Shown here piece after piece: positions 9,259-18,279 of a DNA stretch of 49,740 nucleotides. Below the pieces are notes generated by a model. The model made no database searches, was not told the origin of the DNA, and was given only the letters and a program-made list of their open reading frames with translations. Position numbers and translations under genes: made by a program. The DNA lies in the NCBI GenBank assembly GCA_018399355.1, contig JAGYOA010000001.1, positions 1 to 49,740 on the forward strand, in the 5' to 3' direction. Source of the DNA: Candidatus Woesearchaeota archaeon (GTDB lineage: Archaea > Nanobdellota > Nanobdellia > Woesearchaeales > CG1-02-33-12). The first letter of the stretch is position 1; every line of letters begins with the position of its first letter.

Positions 9259-11175
9259 ATGATTTATGGATACAATTCACCAATGGACAGAAGCTACATA
9301 AAAAGCTTTGCAGATGAAAGAGAAAAAATATTGGATGTTGACCAAGTAGGAATAGCCATGGCAATGGGAATTGGAGCAAGAAATGTTCCTGAAATTGCAA
9401 GCAAAATAAGGGCAGGTGCAAGCAGCCTTGAAATACAGTTTATGGGTGCTGGCCGAGGTTCTCAACAAGGAGAAACACCGGGGATGTTTGGCAAGTATCA
9501 CAGGCAGGCTTTAAAAGAGCTTAGTCAGGCAAATGAAGTTACTCTTACAACTCATGCATCTGTTGGAATTCCAGGATTGGCTGGACAGGACCAACAGGGA
9601 AATTTCAGCGATGAGGCAAGGAAAATGGCCATGGACGAAGTAAACAGGGCGATTGATTTTGCAGGAGATACTGCATTGGGAGGCTCTGTTGTTGTTCATA
9701 CAGGAGAGTTTCAAAGGCCAATATCAGAAGAGCCATGGGCTGAACATGGGAAAAAATTTTCAGGTTTTGATAAAGAAGATGAGAGGGCTGTGATAAGAGT
9801 TGTCAACAAAGAAACAGGCCAGGTAATACACCAGGTAAGAAAAAATGAGGTTGTTTACAGGCCTGAATGGAATACTAAAATAATTAATGGCAAAAAAGAG
9901 TATGTTGACTATGAAGGGAATATACTACCAAGAGAGAAAAGGGTTCCTAAATTTGACCCTGAAAAAAAGAAGTTTATAGTTAATCCTCAAACATGGAAAG
10001 ATTTTGTTAAAGAAGCAGAAGAAATGACAAAGGAAAAAAGAAAAGAAAAAGGAGACAATTTTAATGAAGAAAAGGATACAGTAACTCCTGAAGAGGCATT
10101 TTTAAAGGCAACATTAGAAGGACAGAAAAGTGAAAGAGAAGGATGGGCATTGCATTATGGAAGAGGTATTGAAGATAAATTTGATGCATTAAATAAACTT
10201 AATGAGCAAAGAAAAGAGTTGGAAGATCAACTTAAGAATGCTCCTTCTGATGAAAAGTGGAAGATACAAGGAGAGTTGAAAAGAATTGATGAAGGCACTG
10301 GAGCAGATAGAACTTATACAGATTTGGGGCGTAATAAGTTGAAGAAATTAATCGATGCAGACAAGGAAATGGTCATCGGCCATTTGCAGCAGGCAAAGGA
10401 CCTTGAAAAAACAGCTAATAACACTATAAGTGTGAAGAAATATGCACTTGAAAAAAGCATGGAAGGGTATGCACAAGGTGGAATGAGGGCCTGGCAGGAA
10501 ACAAAAGACAAGGGCCTTGAAAAACCATTGACTATAACAATGGAAAATATTTTTCCTGAAAGCTATGGTGGTCATCCTGATGAGCTTAAGCATCTTGTTT
10601 TGGGAAGCAGAAAAAGGATGCAACAAGAACTCGTAAAGAAAAAGGGCTATTCTGAATCAGAGGCAAAAAAATACGCAGAAACTCATATAAAAGCAACACT
10701 TGATGTAGGCCATCTTAATTTATGGAGAAAATATTTCAAGGGAAAAGATAAGGAGTTTGATAAATGGGCTATTAAAAAAACAGAAGAGCTTGCAAAAGCA
10801 GGAATAGTAGGAAATGTTCATCTTGCAGACAATTTTGGGTATCAGGATGAGCACCTTGCTCCAGGACAAGGCAATACTCCAATAAAAGAAATGGTAAAAA
10901 CACTTAAAAAATATGGTTATGATGGGCCATATACTGTTGAGTGTGGCTCATCAGCAACAACTGATGCATCATACTTTCATGGATTAATGAAAACATGGGA
11001 ATATCTTGGCTCTCCTGTTTACAGTTTCGGAGCAGCAAGAGATGGTTTGCCTCCTTCGCAATGGCACCAGATTCAAAACTCATATTTTGGACAGACATAT
11101 CCTCCTTCATTTTTATTCGGAAATTATGTCCCCTCAAACGAATGGACAATGTGGACAGGGGTTCCAATGGAATAA
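9259..11175 (+). CDS. Xylose-isomerase-like (AP endonuclease 2 family) TIM-barrel protein carrying a ~260 aa internal insertion
   Basis: N-half 'LEIQF...TTHASVG...AIDFAGDTALGGSVVVHTGE'. C-half 'ITMENIFPE...ATLDVGHLNLW...NVHLADNFGYQDEHLAPGQGNTPIKEMVKTLKKYGYDGPYTVE', matching the metal-ligand pattern of the family. Starts 1 nt after the upstream stop. Confidence 0.75.
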   Translation: MIYGYNSPMDRSYIKSFADEREKILDVDQVGIAMAMGIGARNVPEIASKIRAGASSLEIQFMGAGRGSQQGETPGMFGKYHRQALKELSQANEVTLTTHASVGIPGLAGQDQQGNFSDEARKMAMDEVNRAIDFAGDTALGGSVVVHTGEFQRPISEEPWAEHGKKFSGFDKEDERAVIRVVNKETGQVIHQVRKNEVVYRPEWNTKIINGKKEYVDYEGNILPREKRVPKFDPEKKKFIVNPQTWKDFVKEAEEMTKEKRKEKGDNFNEEKDTVTPEEAFLKATLEGQKSEREGWALHYGRGIEDKFDALNKLNEQRKELEDQLKNAPSDEKWKIQGELKRIDEGTGADRTYTDLGRNKLKKLIDADKEMVIGHLQQAKDLEKTANNTISVKKYALEKSMEGYAQGGMRAWQETKDKGLEKPLTITMENIFPESYGGHPDELKHLVLGSRKRMQQELVKKKGYSESEAKKYAETHIKATLDVGHLNLWRKYFKGKDKEFDKWAIKKTEELAKAGIVGNVHLADNFGYQDEHLAPGQGNTPIKEMVKTLKKYGYDGPYTVECGSSATTDASYFHGLMKTWEYLGSPVYSFGAARDGLPPSQWHQIQNSYFGQTYPPSFLFGNYVPSNEWTMWTGVPME

Positions 11176-11235
11176 TTAACCATTTCAAAGAAGTCAGAAA
11201 GTTTAATAAACACAAAGTTTAACTATAAAAGAGGT

Positions 11236-12039
11236 GTGATGATGAAATTCAATATAAAAAAGAACCATATAGCTCCAGTGGACTACAAAAAAGAGGAATT
11301 TGACATTGCTTATGATTTCTCAAAAAAGATATATGATGAAATGAAGGATTTCATAAAGGCCACTGTTCTTTTTGGAAGCTCAACAAGAAAGATTTCAAGC
11401 ACAGGAGACATAGATGTACTAGTGATAGTTGATGACATATCTATGAGGATAAGTCCTGAATTAAGCGAGTCATACAAATTAATAACAGAAAAAATTGTAA
11501 AAGATACATCTAATCTTCTTCACATAACAACACTTAAGCTAACCGCATTCTGGGAGTATGTACGCTCAGGTGATCCTGTGATTATAAACATGCTAAGGGA
11601 TGGTATCGCTCTTTTGGATACTGGGTTTTTTGAGCCTCTTCAGGCGCTTTTAAAGCAAGGAAGGATAAGGCCAACCCATGAAAGTATATGGGCTTATTTT
11701 GCAAGGGCTCCCTCAACACTTCATAACTCAAAATGGCATATTTTACAGGCAACAGTTGACCTTTATTGGGCTGTGATTGACTCTGCTCATGCTGCTCTTA
11801 TGAAGCTTGGAGAGATTCCTCCCACTCCAGAACATGTTGCAGACATGATGGAAGAGCACATGGTAAAAAAAGGATACATAGAAAAAAAATATGCAAACAC
11901 AATGAAAAAATTCTATGAGCTCTCAAGAAAAATAAACCACCGCGAGATAACAGACATTTCTGGAAAGGATTATGATTCATATTCCAAAGAGGCATTTGAC
12001 TTTGTGAAAAAGATTCATAATTTCATTGAGGAAAGGTAA
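11236..12039 (+). CDS. Nucleotidyltransferase-domain protein with C-terminal HEPN-like helical domain
   Basis: 'ATVLFGSSTRKISSTGDIDVLVIVDD' is a minimal NTase GS...D.D motif. Downstream 'RAPSTLH' fits HEPN Rx4-6H. SD GAGGTG at 11231-11236, so the real start is probably ATG 11239 or 11242. Confidence 0.7.
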   Translation: MMMKFNIKKNHIAPVDYKKEEFDIAYDFSKKIYDEMKDFIKATVLFGSSTRKISSTGDIDVLVIVDDISMRISPELSESYKLITEKIVKDTSNLLHITTLKLTAFWEYVRSGDPVIINMLRDGIALLDTGFFEPLQALLKQGRIRPTHESIWAYFARAPSTLHNSKWHILQATVDLYWAVIDSAHAALMKLGEIPPTPEHVADMMEEHMVKKGYIEKKYANTMKKFYELSRKINHREITDISGKDYDSYSKEAFDFVKKIHNFIEER

Positions 12040-12068
12040 TATATTTATACATATAATTTTTCTTTCTG

Positions 12069-12644
12069 TTGATGAAATTTGAAAAAGACAAAAAAAATGT
12101 TCTTGAAAGAATTGACAAGTCAAAAAAAGGTTCAATAGACACTGAAATAATAAGTTTGGTTAAATTAATAAACTCATTAAAAAATTATTATACAACTTCA
12201 TCATGCTCTGGAAGAATCATGATTATTAAGAGGCCGGAATCAGGCAAAAAGTGCGATGTTGATTTCTTTTTCTCAAGCCACAGTAAAGTAAATTTCAGTG
12301 AAATAAAAAACAAACTAAAAGAAATTCCTGATGAGCAGCTTTGGTTTAGGCAGGAGTCAATGATAATGCATATTGCTTGCAAAACAATTGAAAATGCCCA
12401 GAAAATCCTGGATATTTCAGCTAAAACAGGACTAAAGCATTCAGGGATAATAACAACAAGAAAAAAGATTATTGTTGAGATAATAGGATCTGAACAGTTT
12501 GAAACCATAATTGCCTCAAACAAAAAGATATACATAAATGAAGAATATTTAAAGCTCCTTGTTAATGAAGCAAATAAAAAAATGAATTTAAACAAAAAAA
12601 GATTAAAAAAATTCTATGAATTAGTTGAAACAATCAAAGATTGA
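12069..12644 (+). CDS. taw3: tRNA wybutosine/wyosine-synthesizing protein 3 (Taw3/TYW3 methyltransferase)
   Basis: TYW3-domain signature 'YYTTSSCSGRIMII' and typical size. ATG at 12072 directly follows the TTG at 12069. Confidence 0.8.
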   Translation: MMKFEKDKKNVLERIDKSKKGSIDTEIISLVKLINSLKNYYTTSSCSGRIMIIKRPESGKKCDVDFFFSSHSKVNFSEIKNKLKEIPDEQLWFRQESMIMHIACKTIENAQKILDISAKTGLKHSGIITTRKKIIVEIIGSEQFETIIASNKKIYINEEYLKLLVNEANKKMNLNKKRLKKFYELVETIKD

Positions 12645-13163
12645 CTTTTCTTTTTCAAAAAAATAAAAAATAGCTCCAATAAATATAACAAAAGATACAA
12701 TTAAGATTTCATTTAAATTAAATTCTGGGCTATTTTTTAATTTTTCAATAAAACTGATTTCTTTTAGTTGTTGTTTTTTAACAAAAAAGCTTGCTTTAAC
12801 TGCCAAAGAAGGACTCACACTTGTTTTTTCATTGGATTTCTGTACTTCAGTTATATATACAATATCGCTATAATAACCTTCATCCATACCATATGGAATT
12901 TCAACTACCACTTCAATTTTTTTGTTTTCATTTGCAGGAACACTGAACTCTGTTGGATAGAAATAAAAAATATGATTGTTATTCTTGACATTTAATGAAT
13001 ATAATGCCTCTTCATCAAGAGTGTTGAAAACAGTAAAGTATCTTTTCTGCTTTTCGCCGTTAGATAAATTTTTGAAATCAATCTCAGTTGGAGAAACTCC
13101 GATTGACACTACAAATAAAGGAGATATCAAAATTAAAAAAATAAAAATAAATAAAATTTTCAT
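12621..13163 (-). CDS. Secreted beta-sandwich protein with C-terminal TM anchor
   Basis: Sec-type signal 'MKILFIFIFLILISPLFVVSIG', C-terminal TM 'ILIVSFVIFIGAIFYFF'. Start lies 1 nt after the upstream stop. The 3' end overlaps convergent taw3 by 24 nt. Confidence 0.65.
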   Translation of the reverse strand: MKILFIFIFLILISPLFVVSIGVSPTEIDFKNLSNGEKQKRYFTVFNTLDEEALYSLNVKNNNHIFYFYPTEFSVPANENKKIEVVVEIPYGMDEGYYSDIVYITEVQKSNEKTSVSPSLAVKASFFVKKQQLKEISFIEKLKNSPEFNLNEILIVSFVIFIGAIFYFFEKEKSIFDCFN

Positions 13164-13164
13164 C

Positions 13165-14418
13165 TTATTTTTCTATTGCAGTTATAGCCAATGAGCTTGA
13201 GTAATTTCCTGATTTTGTATTTTCAGGAATGTAAAGCTTGAACTCAAGGCTCTTGCTGCTTTCTTCATTGCATTCAAGGTCAATGCCTGCCATGAAAGAT
13301 GACTCTGAAAAGCTTATGAAGTCAGAATCCTCTGTTTTGTAGTAAAAGTTCTCTATTCCTAAAAAGCTCTCGCCGTTTGTAAATGCTCTTACATTCATTT
13401 CAATGTCTGAAAAAACATTTCCTATGTTTGAAATTATTATTGGATCTGAAGCAGAGCTGTTTTTGCCCTTAAGCAAGCTGCCGAAGTTTATCTCATTGGA
13501 ATTTAATTCAATGGCCATAAGCTTCAAATATTCAAATTCTGCAGTTTTATTTGCCTTTGAACTAGAGCTCTCTGCCTTTAATAATATTTCATAAATTCCT
13601 GAAACATCATAAAAGTTCATGCTTAAATTTATCTGATAAATGTACTCATAGCCATTTAAATCCTGGATCTTTGTCATTTCAAAAGTTGCATTTTTGAATA
13701 AAACAGAAACAGACGAAATATTTCCCTCGCCATTGTTTAGAACTAATGCGGATATTGTAATATCTTTTTCAGTTCCCGGATTAGGCATTATCTGAAATCC
13801 CTCCTCCTCATAATAATCAGGAGAAACAGTTATGTTTTTTATCTCAATTCCTCCTGAGAGCACATTTGCATAAATCTGCATGCTATTTTGATTTATTTCC
13901 GGGTATTGTAAAAATACACTATTCTCTGTTCCAGGAGTTCCATAATAAACAATTGATTCCATCCATTCTGTGCCTGAAAACTCAATTGTTTTTCCGTTTC
14001 CATTCGCAAACAGCTTAGAAGAATAATCAACACAGTCTATTAACTGCAGATTATTGTCTTTCATACATATAATCTCTCCAGTATTGGATAGTGAGAATGA
14101 GCTTTCAACTATTGTTCTAGTAAAATTAGAGTAGTCTTCCAAGAATTTAACAGGATTATCCGCAATAACCAAATAGTCGTTTTTGGTTAATATATCATTT
14201 CCCTGAAAAATAGTTAATTTGTGGTTTACTCCTGCTTCAAATAATTTCCATTCGCTTATATTCACATCAAAATCATTATTATTGTAAAGCTCTATCCACT
14301 CTCTCCCTGTGTCTGTTCCTTCTGGATCATACATTATCTCGTTTATTATAACTGCATTTGCATTGTTTAAAAATAGCAGCATTGAAAAAACTCCTAAAAA
14401 AAATGTTTTATTTATCAT
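13165..14418 (-). CDS. Secreted lamin-tail-domain (LTD) protein with further beta-sandwich domains
   Basis: Signal peptide, then 'VIINEIMYDPEGTDTGREWIELYNNNDFDVNISEWKL' (LTD signature). C-terminal 'PENTKSGNYSSSLAITA' resembles NEW3/CARDB-type sandwiches. SD GGGTGAT upstream. Confidence 0.75.
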   Translation of the reverse strand: MINKTFFLGVFSMLLFLNNANAVIINEIMYDPEGTDTGREWIELYNNNDFDVNISEWKLFEAGVNHKLTIFQGNDILTKNDYLVIADNPVKFLEDYSNFTRTIVESSFSLSNTGEIICMKDNNLQLIDCVDYSSKLFANGNGKTIEFSGTEWMESIVYYGTPGTENSVFLQYPEINQNSMQIYANVLSGGIEIKNITVSPDYYEEEGFQIMPNPGTEKDITISALVLNNGEGNISSVSVLFKNATFEMTKIQDLNGYEYIYQINLSMNFYDVSGIYEILLKAESSSSKANKTAEFEYLKLMAIELNSNEINFGSLLKGKNSSASDPIIISNIGNVFSDIEMNVRAFTNGESFLGIENFYYKTEDSDFISFSESSFMAGIDLECNEESSKSLEFKLYIPENTKSGNYSSSLAITAIEK

Positions 14419-14573
14419 TTTTAATCACCCTTAAAAAACATTCTAAAGAAGGTTTTTAACGCTTTTCATAAAAAAGCATTGATATTTTTATAAAATTAAA
14501 ATTTTTTTTAAGTTTTATAGAAAGATTATGTTAATCATATTATATGACGTAATAATAAAGAAATAATAAATGT

Positions 14574-14588
14574 AAAAAATTAAAAAAA
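14574..14588 (-). terminator. Oligo-T terminator after surface-protein gene 14597..16228
   Basis: Minus-strand T7 (14582-14588) and T6 (14574-14579) within 25 nt of the stop codon. Confidence 0.4.
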
Positions 14589-14596
14589 TAATTAAG

Positions 14597-16228
14597 TTAC
14601 TTTGAAAGTAACTTAAATACAAGTATCAGGAAGATTAATCCAAGTATCAATACTGTTCCAACAAGCAATACTAAGTATAGACTTGTGTCCTGGAATGATA
14701 TCTCTCTTGTTACATCTCCGGTTGGTGTTGTCGGCGTTGTTGGCTCTGTTGGAATTACAATAACATCTTCACCATTTTCATCTTCGTCATCATCTTCATC
14801 ATCATCAGGAACAGTTTCAACGCAATCCTGAACAACAATGTCTATTATGTTATATGCATCAATTATAAAATCATCATCATAATAGTCGTCTGAATCATAG
14901 TATACCTTTGCAGTTACTCTATATGTTCCCTGTTTCACATTATCACTTATTGTTATTGGATATGATTTTCTCCAGTTGTCTCCTTCATCTATTTCTATGT
15001 ACTCTTCCTTGAAATTTATTCCAAGTTCTGAATTTTCAATTTCAACTATGATTTCATCCTGATCATTTCTACCATAGTTCATAAGCTCTATGTTGAGCAT
15101 AGTGTATCTGTTGCATGAGAGTGTTGACTGGTCAGTATTAAATCTTCTAAGCCTTATGTCATCTCTATCTTTAGTTACTTCAAGCGTTAGTTCCCATTCA
15201 ATCTTGTGATAGCCTGAATCTTCATCCCATCCTTCAACAATGAATTCAACGTCATAGTCTCCGCTTTCGACATCTGAAGGGATATTGAATTCTATTGATT
15301 CTCTGTCGCTTCTCTTACCAGGATCAATATCAAACTCTCTTGACTCTTCTTCAAGATCATCTCCATCATCAATATCTCTTATTGTGATAGTTACAAGAAC
15401 ATCTTCTATTTCTATGTCTTCATCTCTTGTGTAAAGGTTTTCTATTATGAACTCAAATCTAACTGTTGAATCTGGCTTTGCTTCCTCACCTATCTTATCT
15501 CCATCTATTAAATTTGAGCTTCTTTCATTATCAACATAAACATCAAGGTCATATATATCAAGCATTACATCTGATTTTTCATCAACATTTATTGTAAATG
15601 CAGCTGATGCTGATTCTTCTCCATCACTTACTGTAACAGTGCATATTGTTGTTCCTTCTGTATCATCGCTGTATCTTGTTGCTTTAAGAGTATTGCCTGA
15701 GACAGAGCATGTTGCAATAGATGTGTTTCCCTGAGTGATTGTATATGTTAATGTGTCTTCATCTAAATCAGAAGCTGGAATTGTTATGCTGTCTGAGTCT
15801 TCATCATTATCAATATTTATTATTCCTGCTGCAATTATTGGCTGTGTGTTTGAAACAGTTCCTGCTGTGATATTTGTCTTTGCAGTTAAATTTACTCCAT
15901 CTCCAGCCCAGTATTCCGCGATTATTTCATCGTCTTTAATAAAATTTGAGCTTGCCAATGTTGCTATTAATGTGTTTGTGTTGTTTTCTGCCTCATTACT
16001 TTGTGCAGTTCCCTTTGCAATGCCGTTAACATAAAACTGGACATAACCTGTTAAGGTCTCATTATCATCATTGTCTGTTATGGTCATATTAAACTTAACA
16101 TCAGTATCTGTATAAATTTCACTTGGACTTGGCTGGACATCTGTTATTGTTGGCAATGCTGCGCTTACAAAAACAGATAGAATTAACATAACAAACAATC
16201 CTGTTAAACTTATTATAGTTCTCTTCAT
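14597..16228 (-). CDS. Large acidic surface protein with Thr/Pro linker and C-terminal TM anchor (S-layer or surface-array candidate)
   Basis: Signal 'LTGLFVMLILSVFVSAA', D/E-rich Ig-like repeats, 'PTEPTTPTTPTG' linker, terminal TM 'LYLVLLVGTVLILGLIFLILVF'. SD GGGGGT (16235-16240). Confidence 0.75.
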   Translation of the reverse strand: MKRTIISLTGLFVMLILSVFVSAALPTITDVQPSPSEIYTDTDVKFNMTITDNDDNETLTGYVQFYVNGIAKGTAQSNEAENNTNTLIATLASSNFIKDDEIIAEYWAGDGVNLTAKTNITAGTVSNTQPIIAAGIINIDNDEDSDSITIPASDLDEDTLTYTITQGNTSIATCSVSGNTLKATRYSDDTEGTTICTVTVSDGEESASAAFTINVDEKSDVMLDIYDLDVYVDNERSSNLIDGDKIGEEAKPDSTVRFEFIIENLYTRDEDIEIEDVLVTITIRDIDDGDDLEEESREFDIDPGKRSDRESIEFNIPSDVESGDYDVEFIVEGWDEDSGYHKIEWELTLEVTKDRDDIRLRRFNTDQSTLSCNRYTMLNIELMNYGRNDQDEIIVEIENSELGINFKEEYIEIDEGDNWRKSYPITISDNVKQGTYRVTAKVYYDSDDYYDDDFIIDAYNIIDIVVQDCVETVPDDDEDDDEDENGEDVIVIPTEPTTPTTPTGDVTREISFQDTSLYLVLLVGTVLILGLIFLILVFKLLSK

Positions 16229-16360
16229 TTTTTACCCCCAAAATTTGCTGATAATCTGAAATTTCTAATATATATTTATATAGTTTATATTATTCATAAG
16301 TAGTTACACATTATATATAAAGCTTATTATTCTATAAAATATATAATAAAGAACATATAA

Positions 16361-17641
16361 TTATTGGATAATTCCAAACTTATCAAGGGCTATTTTAAGC
16401 TCTTTGTGTGTTTTAGAGTAATTTTTAAGGCTTTTCTTACTCATAACCGCTTCTAAAGCTTGCTTTATTGCAATAGCTCCTTCTTTAGTTCCATTTGGAT
16501 GTCCATGACAGCCACCACCAAACTGCATTATTATGTTATTTCCCATTATTTTTACTAAAGGAGGAATTCCGCCCGGATGAAGCCCACCAGAGCACACAGC
16601 CATGGTTGGTTTTATGTTATACCATTTCTGCTCAAGCATATGAGTTCCTTTCTCATGGATAATACTGTTTTCTATGTTTTCCCCTATATCTTTTACTTCG
16701 TGTTTTGTTCCTGTCATCTTTCCAACTATCGCACCAATATGAAGCTGGTCTGCCCCGATTAATCTTGCTATCTTTGCAATTGCAAGCATACTTATTCCGT
16801 GTTTTTCATTTCTTGTAAAGGCAGCATGTCCTGCCCTGTGGGCATGTATTACTAAATTGAGATTTGCATTTCTCAATGTCTGCAATGCGCTCCAGCCGGC
16901 TGTTAATATGTCTATCATAACATATCTTCCGCCATGTTTTTTAACAAATTTAGCTCTCTTAATCATCTCATTTGTTTCAGCAGTAACATTAGGCATGTAT
17001 ATCTTTATTTTTCCTGTTTCTTTTTCTGCCTTTTTTCTTAGTTTTATTGTTTCAATAACTCTTTTATTGAAATTATTAAAGCTCATAGAAGTAAGGTTTT
17101 CATCATCCTTAACAATATCTAAACCGCCAACCCAGGCATCATAGGCAACCTTTGCGTGCTCTTTTTCATTCAAACCGAGCTTTGGCTTAACTATTGTTCC
17201 AATTAAGGGTCTCTTTTTTATTTTTGTTATTTTTCTTATTCCCTCTATTCCAAATTTTGGACCTTTAAATGATTTCACTATTGATTCAGGAAAAGAAATA
17301 TCCATTAATCTTAGGTTTTTTATCGCGCTCATGCCGAATATATTTCCTGCAATGCTTGAAAGAATCTCAGGCATATTTCCTTTTTCAAAAAGATTTTCAT
17401 TGTATGCTATCTTTATTATTTTCTTTCTTTTATTGATGTAAAAAACATTGGGCTTTAAGGTTCTTGCAACCCTCTTGTTCATTGTTGCTATATCTGTCCA
17501 TGTTCCTATAGATGATTCCAGGGCAACATTAGATGCTGCTTTCTCGATACTTATTTTGTTTGGCTCTAAGTAGAATTCACATATCAAATCTTTTTTTGAA
17601 GGTTTGTATTTAAGGTCTATATAATTAAGCAATAAAATCAC
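16361..17641 (-). CDS. rbcL: Ribulose-1,5-bisphosphate carboxylase large-subunit homolog, form III-like with the catalytic residue set retained
   Basis: 'GTIVKPKLGL', 'IVKDDENLTS' (carbamylated Lys plus Asp/Glu), 'HAHRAGH', 'VCSGGLHPG', 'QFGGGCHGHPNG'. No small subunit gene nearby. Confidence 0.92.
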   Translation of the reverse strand: MILLLNYIDLKYKPSKKDLICEFYLEPNKISIEKAASNVALESSIGTWTDIATMNKRVARTLKPNVFYINKRKKIIKIAYNENLFEKGNMPEILSSIAGNIFGMSAIKNLRLMDISFPESIVKSFKGPKFGIEGIRKITKIKKRPLIGTIVKPKLGLNEKEHAKVAYDAWVGGLDIVKDDENLTSMSFNNFNKRVIETIKLRKKAEKETGKIKIYMPNVTAETNEMIKRAKFVKKHGGRYVMIDILTAGWSALQTLRNANLNLVIHAHRAGHAAFTRNEKHGISMLAIAKIARLIGADQLHIGAIVGKMTGTKHEVKDIGENIENSIIHEKGTHMLEQKWYNIKPTMAVCSGGLHPGGIPPLVKIMGNNIIMQFGGGCHGHPNGTKEGAIAIKQALEAVMSKKSLKNYSKTHKELKIALDKFGIIQ

Positions 17642-18228
17642 CCTTTGTTAAAAACTTGTGTTAAATCAACATTCTCCTCTGCATATTTTCTGTCACTTTT
17701 GGGCCTTTCTTTTTCTTCTGGCTGTTTTTCATTAGTTTCCTGGTCTTGTTTTTCTTCTTCTCCAGATCCTTTTTCCTGCGATTGTTCTTCCTGTTTTTTT
17801 TCAGTTTCATTACTTTCTTGCTTTTCTTCGTAATTTTCTTTTTTCTCTGTCTGTTCATCCTGGCTGAGTTCATTAACTGTCTTTACTTGGTTTGAAATAT
17901 CATAATCCTTCTTTTCTTCTTCAACAGGCTTTATATCATCAACAGTTGGCAGCTCTTTTTGCTCAACAGATTCAGGAATGCTTTCCTGTTTTTCCTCATC
18001 TTTTTCATCTTGCATTTCTTCTTTCTGTTCAGAAATTGTTTGCTCTTTTTCTTCTGTTTTCTGAGGGGCCTCATTTATTGTTTCTTTTATTTCTTCCTTT
18101 TTTTGCTCGTTTTCAGGATTATTTGTCTTCATCATACTTTTTGCAAGCTCTACAGCATCTTTCATGCTTGCTGCAAGCCCGTTTTCTTTTAAAGAATTAG
18201 CGAGTTTCATTAATTCATCGTTAGACAT
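17638..18228 (-). CDS. Highly acidic E/K/Q-rich low-complexity protein, translationally coupled to rbcL
   Basis: ATGA overlap with rbcL (17638-17641). Structured N-terminus 'MSNDELMKLANSLKENGLAASMKDAVELAKSMM', then about 150 aa of low complexity. SD GGTGAT (18232-18237) and a TATA at 18268-18277. Confidence 0.6.
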   Translation of the reverse strand: MSNDELMKLANSLKENGLAASMKDAVELAKSMMKTNNPENEQKKEEIKETINEAPQKTEEKEQTISEQKEEMQDEKDEEKQESIPESVEQKELPTVDDIKPVEEEKKDYDISNQVKTVNELSQDEQTEKKENYEEKQESNETEKKQEEQSQEKGSGEEEKQDQETNEKQPEEKERPKSDRKYAEENVDLTQVFNKG

Positions 18229-18279
18229 AGTATCACCTTTTTAGTTTGATTAAGCAATAAACCTAATATTATATAAAGG

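Noticed and set aside
12621-12644. 24-nt convergent overlap of the taw3 and secreted-protein 3' ends as a possible regulatory or antisense feature
   Set aside because: Short convergent overlaps are common in compact genomes. No structure or conserved motif is evident. Either C-terminus could be real.
14597-14720. PGF-CTERM/archaeosortase sorting signal at the C-terminus of the acidic surface protein
   Set aside because: There is a Thr/Pro linker plus a TM helix, but no PGF tripeptide precedes the helix. I therefore call it only a C-terminal TM anchor.
17638-18228. Acidic low-complexity ORF as non-coding spacer or mis-called gene
   Set aside because: I kept it as a CDS at moderate confidence. 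It has a TATA plus SD, an ordered-looking N-terminus and an exact ATGA junction with rbcL. The alternative frames on both strands are even lower in complexity.
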